A stretch of DNA of 47,363 bases from Candidatus Woesearchaeota archaeon (GCA_964435825.1 CAYTAB010000001.1:1-47363); one strand, 5' to 3'. Counted from the first letter of the stretch, positions 30,385-38,211 are shown. A program made the numbers and translations. Notes: generated by a model from the sequence alone, not told the origin.

Positions 30385-32837
30385 TCTTTTTTACCTCCAT
30401 CAAAAAAAGTGTCTATCTCTTTTTCTTTTTCAATTTCATGCGGGCAAATCCAATGCTCTCCAGAGATATAACCATGTTCAGGACAGATACTAAATGTTGG
30501 GGTGATTGAAAAATAAGGAATTTTTGTGTTATATGCTATTTTTTTTACAATTGCTTTGCAAGACTCTGCATTAGCAAGTCTTTCTTTTAGAAAAGTGTGA
30601 AAAATTGTTCCTCCAGTGTAGAGTGGTTGTATGTCGTTTTGATGTTTTAGAGCTGCAATTGCATCATCAGAAAAATCAACTGGAAGCTGTGTGGAGTTTG
30701 TTAAAAAAGGTTCTTTTTCTCCAGAAGTATAAATGTCTGGATACATTTTTTTATCTAGTTTTGCTAGCCGATATGATGCGCTTTCTGCAGGTGTTGCTTC
30801 AAGATTATAGAGATTATTTGTTTCTTTTTGAAATTTAATCAAAACCTCTCTCATAAAGTTCAAAGTTCTTATTGTTAGTGATTTTCCTTGTTTTGAGCTA
30901 ATGTCTTTTCCAATTAAATTTACACAAGCTTCATTCATTCCAATTAGGCCTATTGTTGAAAAATGATTTCTAAATGTTCCGAGATATCTTTTTGTGTAGG
31001 GCATTAGTCCGTTTTTTAGATTTGTGTTTATAATTTTTCTTTTTATTTCTAGTGATTCTTTTGCAAGATTCATGTAATATTCAATTTTTTCAAAAAATTC
31101 TGGTTCTGATTTAGATTCATATGCAAGTCTGTTTAAGTTAATTGTAACAACTCCTACTGAACCTGTGCTGTCTCCCATTGCAAAAGTATGACCTGGTCTG
31201 TTTATTAATTCAAGCATATTTAAATTAAGTCTGCAACACATTGCGCGAATTGACTGCGGGTCAAGACCAGAACCAATGTAATTTTGAAAATACGGAGTAC
31301 CATATTTTGCAGTTACTTCAAAAATAAGGTTTGCAATTTCTGAGTTCCAATTAAATTCTTTTGTTAGATTATATGTTGGTATTGGAAATGTGAAAATTGC
31401 ACCAGATGAATCTCCAGCAATCATTATTTCAAGAAATGCTTTGTTTATCATATCCATTTCTTTTTGGCAGTCTTTATAGTAAAAATTCATTTCTTTTCCA
31501 CCAACAATTGCTTTTTGTTTTTTCATATCTTCAGGTACAACTAAATCAAAAGTTAAATTTGAAAAAGGATATTGTGCCCCCCATCTTGAAGGAATATTTA
31601 GTGAAAATATAAGTTCTTGCATGCATTGTTTTACTTCTCTGTAAGAAAGATTATCTGTTTTTACAAATGGTGCAAGTAGAGTATCTACTGATGAGAACGC
31701 CTGTGCTCCTGCAAATTCCATTTGCAAGCAGCCAATATAGTTAATCATATGATTAATTAATGTTCTGAGATGTTTTGCAGGTTTTGAATTTACCTTATTT
31801 TTTACTCCACCAAATCCCCATAGAATTAGATTTTTTAATGACCATCCTGCACAATAACCGATAAGTCCCTGACCTAAATCATGTATATGGATATATCCTT
31901 TTTTATGTGCATCTGCAACTGCAGAAGGAAGTTCATTTAAGATATAATTTGAGATGATTTGACCTCCTGCATAGTGCATTAGTCCTGAAAAAGAATATGC
32001 TTCACTTGCATTTTCTTTTACTCGCCAGTCTTTTTGTTTTAAATAATTTCTTATTGTTTCAGAAACATCTAGGAAGATTGATTTAGTTGATGAGATTTTT
32101 TCTTTAATTTTTCTTGTTAAAATATATGTTTTTGCAAGTTCTGCACTGCAATTATTAACCAAAACCTGTTCAATTGTATCTGCAATTTCTTCACTAGTTA
32201 CAATTGTCGGACTATTGAATTTTTGTTCAAGCAAATAAACAACTTCTTTTGCAAGTTCTCTTGCAAAATCTGCATCAACTTCATTTATTTCTTGCTGGCA
32301 TTTAACAATAGATTCAGCTATTTTATTTTTATCAAACAGACTAATTGCCCCTTTAGCATTTCTAACTTGAAGTATTGTGTTTTTTACTTTTTTTCTCTTT
32401 TTTAGTAATTTTACTTCTCTTTCAAATGAAGAATAATCTGAGAACTCCCTATAAACTGATGCAAACCGAATATATGTTACTGAGTCAAATTTTTTTAATT
32501 CTTTAAGAATAGTTTTTCCAATTTCAGATGATTGAATTTCTGTTTTTTTTGTTTCAAAAATTTTTTTCTCAATTTTTTGAACAACTGCGAGTATTTCTTC
32601 TTCTGTTTTTCTGTTTTTTGCAGCAGTTTTTATACCTTTGATTATTTTATCCCTGTCATATGCCTCTTTTTTCCCAGTTTTTTTAATAACTGTTAAAGAA
32701 GGACCTTCAATTTTCTCAAATGTTGTAAATCTATGATGACAGACTAAACACTCTCTTCTTCTTCTTATTTCTGCATTAACAGTGTCTCGAGTATCAAGAA
32801 CTTTTATATCTTCTGAAGAGCATCGTGGGCATTTCAT
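30381..32837 (-). CDS. nrdD: Class III (anaerobic) ribonucleoside-triphosphate reductase large chain with an N-terminal NrdR-like module (Zn-ribbon + ATP-cone) and a second ATP-cone. It lacks the glycyl-radical tail.
   Basis: The N-terminus is MKCPRCSSEDIKVLDTRDTVNAEIRRRRECLVCHHRFTTFE...VTYIRFASVYREF (NrdR signature). The second ATP-cone is ILQVRNAKGAISLFDKNKIAESI...AKTYILTRK. The NrdD core contains AMCCRLNL. It ends ...ICPEHGYISGEHWICPHEIEKEKEIDTFFDGGKKE. Confidence 0.85.
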   Translation of the reverse strand: MKCPRCSSEDIKVLDTRDTVNAEIRRRRECLVCHHRFTTFEKIEGPSLTVIKKTGKKEAYDRDKIIKGIKTAAKNRKTEEEILAVVQKIEKKIFETKKTEIQSSEIGKTILKELKKFDSVTYIRFASVYREFSDYSSFEREVKLLKKRKKVKNTILQVRNAKGAISLFDKNKIAESIVKCQQEINEVDADFARELAKEVVYLLEQKFNSPTIVTSEEIADTIEQVLVNNCSAELAKTYILTRKIKEKISSTKSIFLDVSETIRNYLKQKDWRVKENASEAYSFSGLMHYAGGQIISNYILNELPSAVADAHKKGYIHIHDLGQGLIGYCAGWSLKNLILWGFGGVKNKVNSKPAKHLRTLINHMINYIGCLQMEFAGAQAFSSVDTLLAPFVKTDNLSYREVKQCMQELIFSLNIPSRWGAQYPFSNLTFDLVVPEDMKKQKAIVGGKEMNFYYKDCQKEMDMINKAFLEIMIAGDSSGAIFTFPIPTYNLTKEFNWNSEIANLIFEVTAKYGTPYFQNYIGSGLDPQSIRAMCCRLNLNMLELINRPGHTFAMGDSTGSVGVVTINLNRLAYESKSEPEFFEKIEYYMNLAKESLEIKRKIINTNLKNGLMPYTKRYLGTFRNHFSTIGLIGMNEACVNLIGKDISSKQGKSLTIRTLNFMREVLIKFQKETNNLYNLEATPAESASYRLAKLDKKMYPDIYTSGEKEPFLTNSTQLPVDFSDDAIAALKHQNDIQPLYTGGTIFHTFLKERLANAESCKAIVKKIAYNTKIPYFSITPTFSICPEHGYISGEHWICPHEIEKEKEIDTFFDGGKKE
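30393..30398 (-). promoter_or_regulatory. Shine-Dalgarno site (GGAGGT) for the small glycyl-radical ORF, embedded in the 3' end of the large nrdD ORF
   Basis: The mRNA reads GGAGGU-aaaaaaga-AUG, with a spacer of 8 nt. Confidence 0.6.
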
Positions 32838-32853
32838 CTTATCACTTATTTAA

Positions 32854-32863
32854 TTTTATATAA
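32854..32863 (-). promoter_or_regulatory. TATA-box-like element about 22 nt upstream of the nrdD ATG (short or no leader)
   Basis: The minus strand reads ttatataaaa. The 11-mer agaattatata recurs 50 bp further upstream (32907-32917). Confidence 0.4.
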
Positions 32864-32969
32864 TTCTAAAATACTTTTTTGGTGTGTATTATTATCTTGC
32901 TAGAAATATATAATTCTTTGTGACACTTTTGATACAGTAACAAAATGTAGTATCTATTGAAAGAAATTA

Positions 32970-32985
32970 ACACTAGATATAGTAT
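32970..32985. promoter_or_regulatory. NrdR-box-like imperfect palindrome
   Basis: acactagatatagtat matches the published NrdR-box consensus acaCwAtATaTwGtgt at 14 of 16 positions by hand alignment. It lies about 135-150 bp upstream of the nrdD ATG. Confidence 0.3.
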
Positions 32986-33195
32986 TTACTTTGAATTTAC
33001 GATTTTTTGAATTTCACTAATAAGTTTCTTTATTTGTTCAGAATTCATTCCATGAGCTCTAGCACCTTGTTCCAGAGTTTCATATGTAGCCATGATACAG
33101 CCAATACATCCTAATCCAAGTTTTGAAAATATTTCTGCAGTTTCTGGATATTTTATGATTAGCTCGCGAATATTGGTGTCTTTTGTGATTTTCAT
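32986..33195 (-). CDS. DUF1858-type small protein (hybrid-cluster-protein-associated redox disulfide domain)
   Basis: MKITKDTNIRELIIKYPETAEIFSKLGLGCIGCIMATYETLEQGARAHGM fits the DUF1858 pattern with a CxxC pair. Confidence 0.7.
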   Translation of the reverse strand: MKITKDTNIRELIIKYPETAEIFSKLGLGCIGCIMATYETLEQGARAHGMNSEQIKKLISEIQKIVNSK

Positions 33196-33249
33196 TTTTA
33201 ATTAAATCTAGTAAGATTTTTATTTAATAAAGGTATTGATTTAATATCA

Positions 33250-33495
33250 ATGGTTAATTGGGAAGATATTAAACAAAATGAAGAACTTAAGACGATTTTC
33301 TTCTGGATACCGCGAGTTCTTGGTTTGATTTTTACACTTTTTATTTATTCTTTTTTAATTGAAGTTTTTTTTAATAGATTTGATTTAATGCTATTTTTAT
33401 ACTCAGTTATTCCTGGAACACTTTTTCTAATCTCTGTTCTTGTTATGCTGAATGTCCGTTGCAATAAGTTTCTCTGTTCTTGTTTCATGGTTTAA
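33250..33495 (+). CDS. Small membrane protein, or the N-terminal part of a frameshifted one
   Basis: It has two hydrophobic helices. The last 15 codons (VRCNKFLCSCFMV) overlap the next ORF in another frame. Confidence 0.4.
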   Translation: MVNWEDIKQNEELKTIFFWIPRVLGLIFTLFIYSFLIEVFFNRFDLMLFLYSVIPGTLFLISVLVMLNVRCNKFLCSCFMV

Positions 33496-33676
33496 TGAAT
33501 TAATTGGTGGATGGCTAATTCTTATTGAGTCTTTAGTATATTTTTTATTTTTGCTTTCATATAGAGAACTTCTAAGTGCATTTTTAATGTCCTTACCACT
33601 TTTTTTATGCGGAATCCTTTTTTTAATTTATGAATATGTATTTAAAGGTAAAAAGAAGAAAAGAGGGCTTAGCTGA
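33452..33676 (+). CDS. Small membrane protein, or the C-terminal part of a frameshifted one
   Basis: It has two hydrophobic helices and a KGKKKKRGLS tail. It starts 44 nt before the previous ORF ends, in the +1 frame. Confidence 0.4.
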   Translation: MSVAISFSVLVSWFNELIGGWLILIESLVYFLFLLSYRELLSAFLMSLPLFLCGILFLIYEYVFKGKKKKRGLS

Positions 33677-33863
33677 TTTTTATGCATTTTCCAGGACATG
33701 CAGCTTCAGCTTGTTTTGCTTTTTCAATTATTGCATTGTCTGTTATTGAAGTTGTTTTTGCTTTTGCTTTTCCATCAGAAGCCATTTCAAATACTTCAGG
33801 ACATAATCCAACACATGCTCCGCATCCAATACAACAATTTCTATCTTGTTTTACTTTTGCCAT
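33669..33863 (-). CDS. Small single-cluster ferredoxin
   Basis: CIGCGACVGLCPEVFEM...EAACPGKCIKI resembles the Pyrococcus/Thermotoga-type [4Fe-4S] ferredoxin layout. Confidence 0.85.
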   Translation of the reverse strand: MAKVKQDRNCCIGCGACVGLCPEVFEMASDGKAKAKTTSITDNAIIEKAKQAEAACPGKCIKIS

Positions 33864-33911
33864 AAATTAACATTTCTTAGCTTCTATATAAATTTTTAGG
33901 AGAAAAGAAAA

Positions 33912-35258
33912 TTATTGTATTGTTTTTCTTATATCTGAATTAATTCCAAAAAACATTCCAGCATCTTTTGAAAGAGCTAAGAGGTTTTTTCTCTTTTTTC
34001 TAAGTTCAGAAATGCTGTTTACTCTTTGAACAGCGCAGAGCAATTTAAGTTCTTCTTTTATTGCAGAAACAAAATTTTTAATTCCATCACCTTTATTTAT
34101 TTCTATTTGCTGTTGAAGAGTTGGAGCATGTTTTTTTGCATTGGCAGCAATTAAAAACGAGCGACCCATTGCAATACCTGAAGCTCCAAGCATTATTGCT
34201 TTTCCAATATCCATTCCATCACTATATCCTCCAGCGAGAATAAGATCAAAAGATAATTTTCGCCTTATTGTTGCAAAAACTGATGCAGAAGGAATATTAG
34301 TTTCATTCATTATTAACCAAGGACTCATTCCTGTTCCACCACCATGGCCATCTATTGTGACTGCATGAATTGGGATATTATGTTTCTTTTTGATTTCTTC
34401 TATTTGTTTTAAGAATCTTATTATTCCTGCACCCATTGAAATTTTAATCCAAATTGGCAAATCATATTTTTTCAGATGGATGAGTTTTTCCTTGAGTTTT
34501 TTTGGATTTAGTTCGCTGACAGGTGTATGTCTTTGATAACTGCCATCTGGATTCTTTTCTATATGATATCCAAGTTTTTTGTATTTTATTGCATCTGCTT
34601 CTTTTGTGAATTTTATTTCACCGCCAAGATTTTGTTTTGCTCCTTGACCAAGCTTTAATTCAATTCCATGTGCTCCGAATTTTTTAGCTGCATTAAATGC
34701 TCCGCCAGTAATATCAACGTCATTTCCTTGAATAATTACTGCACCAAATTTCTTATTAAAATTATCAAGATATGGTTTGATTCTCTTGTAAATTCCTTTT
34801 TCACCATAAGTTGCAATTATATTCTCACCAACAACCATTGGAATTCCAGCTTTTGCAGCACCAATTGCCAGCTCTTCTCCAAGGTCATTTGCAACTTTTG
34901 TAGAACCCATTGCTGAAACAACTAGCGGTGCAGCTACTCTAAATCCGCCAAGAATTAAATCTGTTCTTACTTTTTTAAACAATGTTTCTTTTCCAAATAG
35001 TTCTGGAATTATTTGAATATCATCCATGTTCGGAAGTATTTTTTCTGCTCCAAATTGTGCAATTCCAAAAGGTTCTGGAAATAAAGTTTGTCCAGTTCGA
35101 CTTTTTTTACCAATCTCACAGATTCCATCTTTAGTACAAATACTGCAAATGCCTCCTGCTCCACTTGGATGATTTGGTCTTGTTAATTTAGTTCCTGTTG
35201 CAGCATCAGCATTTTTATGCCTTCGCGCACCTTTTATACTTCCATACATTTTTTCCAT
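33912..35258 (-). CDS. Glutamate synthase large-subunit domain-2-like FMN/Fe-S protein (COG0069 family, stand-alone)
   Basis: LKLGQGAKQNLGGEI, AVTIDGHGGGTGMSPW, LILAGGYSDGMDIGKAIMLGASGIAMGRSF, and an N-terminal Cys cluster CSICTKDGIC. No amidotransferase domain is present. Confidence 0.8.
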   Translation of the reverse strand: MEKMYGSIKGARRHKNADAATGTKLTRPNHPSGAGGICSICTKDGICEIGKKSRTGQTLFPEPFGIAQFGAEKILPNMDDIQIIPELFGKETLFKKVRTDLILGGFRVAAPLVVSAMGSTKVANDLGEELAIGAAKAGIPMVVGENIIATYGEKGIYKRIKPYLDNFNKKFGAVIIQGNDVDITGGAFNAAKKFGAHGIELKLGQGAKQNLGGEIKFTKEADAIKYKKLGYHIEKNPDGSYQRHTPVSELNPKKLKEKLIHLKKYDLPIWIKISMGAGIIRFLKQIEEIKKKHNIPIHAVTIDGHGGGTGMSPWLIMNETNIPSASVFATIRRKLSFDLILAGGYSDGMDIGKAIMLGASGIAMGRSFLIAANAKKHAPTLQQQIEINKGDGIKNFVSAIKEELKLLCAVQRVNSISELRKKRKNLLALSKDAGMFFGINSDIRKTIQ

Positions 35259-35264
35259 TATACT

Positions 35265-36191
35265 TTAATACTCATCAACAGTCCAAAATTTACCTGTTTT
35301 AAGTTTTTCCCATTCATTATTAATCAGTTTTTGAATATAACTTATTTGTTTGCTGTCTAAGTGGTGAAATCTCTTTTGACCAGCCATTGCTTCTTTAACT
35401 GGAATAAATGAAGGTTTTACAGTAATATTTAGTTTTCCTTTTTCATTGATTTCATAAAGTGGCCACATACCAGAATCAACCATTTTTTTTGCAATAATTG
35501 CTCCTTGAGAATCTTCTAATCCCCAACCTGGAATGCAGGGAGTTAATAAGTCAATAAAAGAAGGACCATTTACTTTTGCTGCTTTTCTTAGCTTATTTAT
35601 ATAATCAATTGGATGCGAAGTTGATGCAGTTGCGACATATTTTGCTCCATTTATATGCATCATTTTTGTAAGGTTTTTTCTGAAAAATGTGTTTCCTAAT
35701 TCTTCTTTTTTACCTTCTGGAGTTGTGCTTGTATATGCTCCGAGAGGTGTTGCAGAAGATTTTTGAAAACCTGTATTTGAGAATGCACCATTGTTGTAAC
35801 AAACATAAATTATTTTTTCACCTCTTGAAATCATTCCAGATAAAGATTGCAATCCGATGTCATATGTTGCACCATCTCCAGCATAGACTACAATATTTAC
35901 ATTTTTATCTTTTTTTTGTGCTTTAAGTCCCATTAAAATACCTGTGGCAGTTGAAGCTCCATTTTCAATTGCATTATGCACCCACGGAATTTTGTAAGGT
36001 GTAAATGGATAAAGAGTTGTTAGTGTCATGCATCCTGATGCATTAACCATTATTGTATTTTTTCCAAGTGCCTTTAATGTAAGCCGAATACCATATATAG
36101 CATTACAACCTGAACATGCAAAACTTCCACCACTTATTAGTTCTTCTTTAGGTATATCTGAGATTGTTTTTATTTTTTTTAAAGAATCCAT
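35265..36191 (-). CDS. porB: 2-oxoacid (pyruvate-type):ferredoxin oxidoreductase beta subunit (TPP-binding)
   Basis: CSGCNAIYG..., GDGATYDIGLQSLSG...YNNGAFSNTG. Substrate specificity cannot be decided from the sequence alone. Confidence 0.85.
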   Translation of the reverse strand: MDSLKKIKTISDIPKEELISGGSFACSGCNAIYGIRLTLKALGKNTIMVNASGCMTLTTLYPFTPYKIPWVHNAIENGASTATGILMGLKAQKKDKNVNIVVYAGDGATYDIGLQSLSGMISRGEKIIYVCYNNGAFSNTGFQKSSATPLGAYTSTTPEGKKEELGNTFFRKNLTKMMHINGAKYVATASTSHPIDYINKLRKAAKVNGPSFIDLLTPCIPGWGLEDSQGAIIAKKMVDSGMWPLYEINEKGKLNITVKPSFIPVKEAMAGQKRFHHLDSKQISYIQKLINNEWEKLKTGKFWTVDEY

Positions 36192-37327
36192 CGCCGAACC
36201 TCTTTTTTGTTTTTTAATGTTTCGAGCAGTATTTTTTCATAATCTTTTTGAGATACAGGTTTACCACCTAAACCACCAATATAACTTGAAACAATTTTGT
36301 CATCTTCAAAAAGGCAAGATTTGATTTCAGGATGCAAAATCCCTCCAGATCCTGGAGCTATGTTTTGGTCAAAAACTGAAATATGTTTTATGTTTTTTAG
36401 TGCTTTTTGAATATCTTTTCGTGGCAGTGGCCGAATCACTCTTAATCTTAATATGCCAACAGCATGTCCTTGTTTTCGCAGAGAATCTACAGCTGCTTTT
36501 GCAATTGTTGAATTTGCACCCATTATTACAAGAACTGCTTTTGCATTTTTTGTTTTATATTCTTCAACTACAGAATAACTTCTTCCTGTAATTGCTTTCC
36601 ATTGTTTTTGAACATCTTTTATTACATCTAATGCTTTTAGTTGAGCTGCATGTATCTGAGATTTGAAAAATGGATAATAACCACCCATTGCACCTGCACC
36701 AAGAGTCATTGGTTTTTTAACATCTAGCCTATATTTTTGATTTGGTTTTGGAAGGAATTTATCTATCTTTTTTTGCATAGGTATTTTAACTTCTGTTCTA
36801 GTGTATGAATGAATAAACCCATCCATATTAACTAAAACAGGTAAGAGAACCTCTTTATTTTCTGCAATTTTAAATGACATAATAATTGTATCTAATACTT
36901 CTTGGTTTGTTTCACAGCAAATCATTATCCACCCTGAATCTCGCATTGCTAAAAAATCATTATGGTCTGGCCAGAGAGTAATTGGTGCAGATAAACCGCG
37001 AGATACATTAAGCATTACCATTGGCATTCTGGTTCCTGCTACAATTGGAAGTATTTCATGCATTAACATTAGTCCTTGAGAAGATGATGCTGTGAAAGTT
37101 CTTGCTCCAGTCATTTGCGCTCCAAGTGCTGCAGATATAACTGAATGTTCAGAATCAACTTGATTAAATTCAATATTTGTTTTTCCATTTGCTTTCCATT
37201 TTGCAATTGTTTCAATCATTTCTGTTTGAGGAGTTATTGGAAAACAAGGAATGCATTGAACTCTAGCTAATATTGCTGCATATGCTGCTGCAGCATTTCC
37301 ATCAAGTATTTCAACTTTTTCTTTCAT
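36179..37327 (-). CDS. porA: 2-oxoacid:ferredoxin oxidoreductase alpha subunit
   Basis: LDGNAAAAYAAILARVQCIPCFPITPQTE... It is 382 aa and overlaps porB by 13 nt. Confidence 0.85.
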   Translation of the reverse strand: MKEKVEILDGNAAAAYAAILARVQCIPCFPITPQTEMIETIAKWKANGKTNIEFNQVDSEHSVISAALGAQMTGARTFTASSSQGLMLMHEILPIVAGTRMPMVMLNVSRGLSAPITLWPDHNDFLAMRDSGWIMICCETNQEVLDTIIMSFKIAENKEVLLPVLVNMDGFIHSYTRTEVKIPMQKKIDKFLPKPNQKYRLDVKKPMTLGAGAMGGYYPFFKSQIHAAQLKALDVIKDVQKQWKAITGRSYSVVEEYKTKNAKAVLVIMGANSTIAKAAVDSLRKQGHAVGILRLRVIRPLPRKDIQKALKNIKHISVFDQNIAPGSGGILHPEIKSCLFEDDKIVSSYIGGLGGKPVSQKDYEKILLETLKNKKEVRRWIL

Positions 37328-37328
37328 T

Positions 37329-37613
37329 TTAAGTTTCCTTTTTTGCAGTTATTGCTTTAACTGGGCAGTGTGCTACACAGGTTAAACAACCCTTACAAAT
37401 ATCATAATCAATTTTTGGCTTTCCATCTTTTCCCATTGTTATTGCACCTTCAGGACAGACCAGCCAACAAGTTTTACATTTTATGCATTTCTTTTTATCA
37501 ATAACTGGTTTATAAACTCTCCATGAACCTGTTTTTTGTTTAACTCCAAATTGCATTGCTGGAATTCCTTTTTTCTTATTAATTTTTATTTTGTTTTCAT
37601 CTATAAATGCCAT
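37329..37613 (-). CDS. porD: 2-oxoacid:ferredoxin oxidoreductase delta subunit (2x[4Fe-4S])
   Basis: CIKCKTCWLVCPEGAI and CKGCLTCVAHCPVKAI. Confidence 0.85.
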   Translation of the reverse strand: MAFIDENKIKINKKKGIPAMQFGVKQKTGSWRVYKPVIDKKKCIKCKTCWLVCPEGAITMGKDGKPKIDYDICKGCLTCVAHCPVKAITAKKET

Positions 37614-37614
37614 T

Positions 37615-38145
37615 TTATCTTATATTATCATAACATTCTTTTGCTGCTTTAATGTTTTTTGTAATAATTTCTTTTGATAATTTGTCTTTAAATTCAATCT
37701 TTATTGCATTGATTAATTGATTAATTGAAATTTTTTTGAAAACGCGAATAAATGCTCCAAGAATTGCAATGTTGCTAATTGCTTTCCCAGTTTTTTCTAT
37801 TGCAATGTTTGTTGCATCAATTGTATGAACATTTGTTATGTTTTTATATTTCTTTTTTGTGTTTATGATTACTTGTGTTTCAGGTTTTCTTCCTTTAAGG
37901 CATTTGTTTACATCAATAGTCTCATCAAGTATAATAATATAATCTGGTTCAAAAATATATCCGCGCGTGTTAATTCCTTTTTTATCAATTCTTACAAAAC
38001 TTGTAACTGGAGCGCCTTTACGTTCTGCACCATACATTGCAAAATCCTGAGTTTTGTATCCAGAAAGATATGCTGCTCTTGCAATAATCTGAGCTGCTTT
38101 TTTACCTCCCTGACCGCCCCGACCATGAATACGAATTTCAATCAT
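37615..38145 (-). CDS. porG: 2-oxoacid:ferredoxin oxidoreductase gamma subunit
   Basis: MIEIRIHGRGGQGGKKAAQIIARAAYLSG... Confidence 0.85.
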   Translation of the reverse strand: MIEIRIHGRGGQGGKKAAQIIARAAYLSGYKTQDFAMYGAERKGAPVTSFVRIDKKGINTRGYIFEPDYIIILDETIDVNKCLKGRKPETQVIINTKKKYKNITNVHTIDATNIAIEKTGKAISNIAILGAFIRVFKKISINQLINAIKIEFKDKLSKEIITKNIKAAKECYDNIR

Positions 38146-38192
38146 ATATATACTATAAAATATAGATTCTACTTAAATGTTTCGCATGAACC

Positions 38193-38211
38193 TTTTCTTT
38201 TAGAAAGAAAA
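38193..38211. promoter_or_regulatory. Perfect 8-3-8 palindrome in the por/acd divergent spacer
   Basis: The sequence is ttttcttt-tag-aaagaaaa. Confidence 0.5.

Noticed and set aside
29621-30493. ORF-track entries 29621-29836 (minus), 29845-30168 (plus) and 30221-30493 (plus) around nrdG and the small nrdD ORF
   Set aside because: They are off-frame or antisense to nrdG and the glycyl-radical ORF, which carry diagnostic motifs. There is no independent support.
33912-35258. Calling the 448-aa protein a bona fide glutamate synthase
   Set aside because: Only the FMN-binding domain-2-like core is present. There is no glutamine amidotransferase domain, no GXGXG C-terminal domain and no GltD in the window, so it is kept as GltB-like with unknown substrate.
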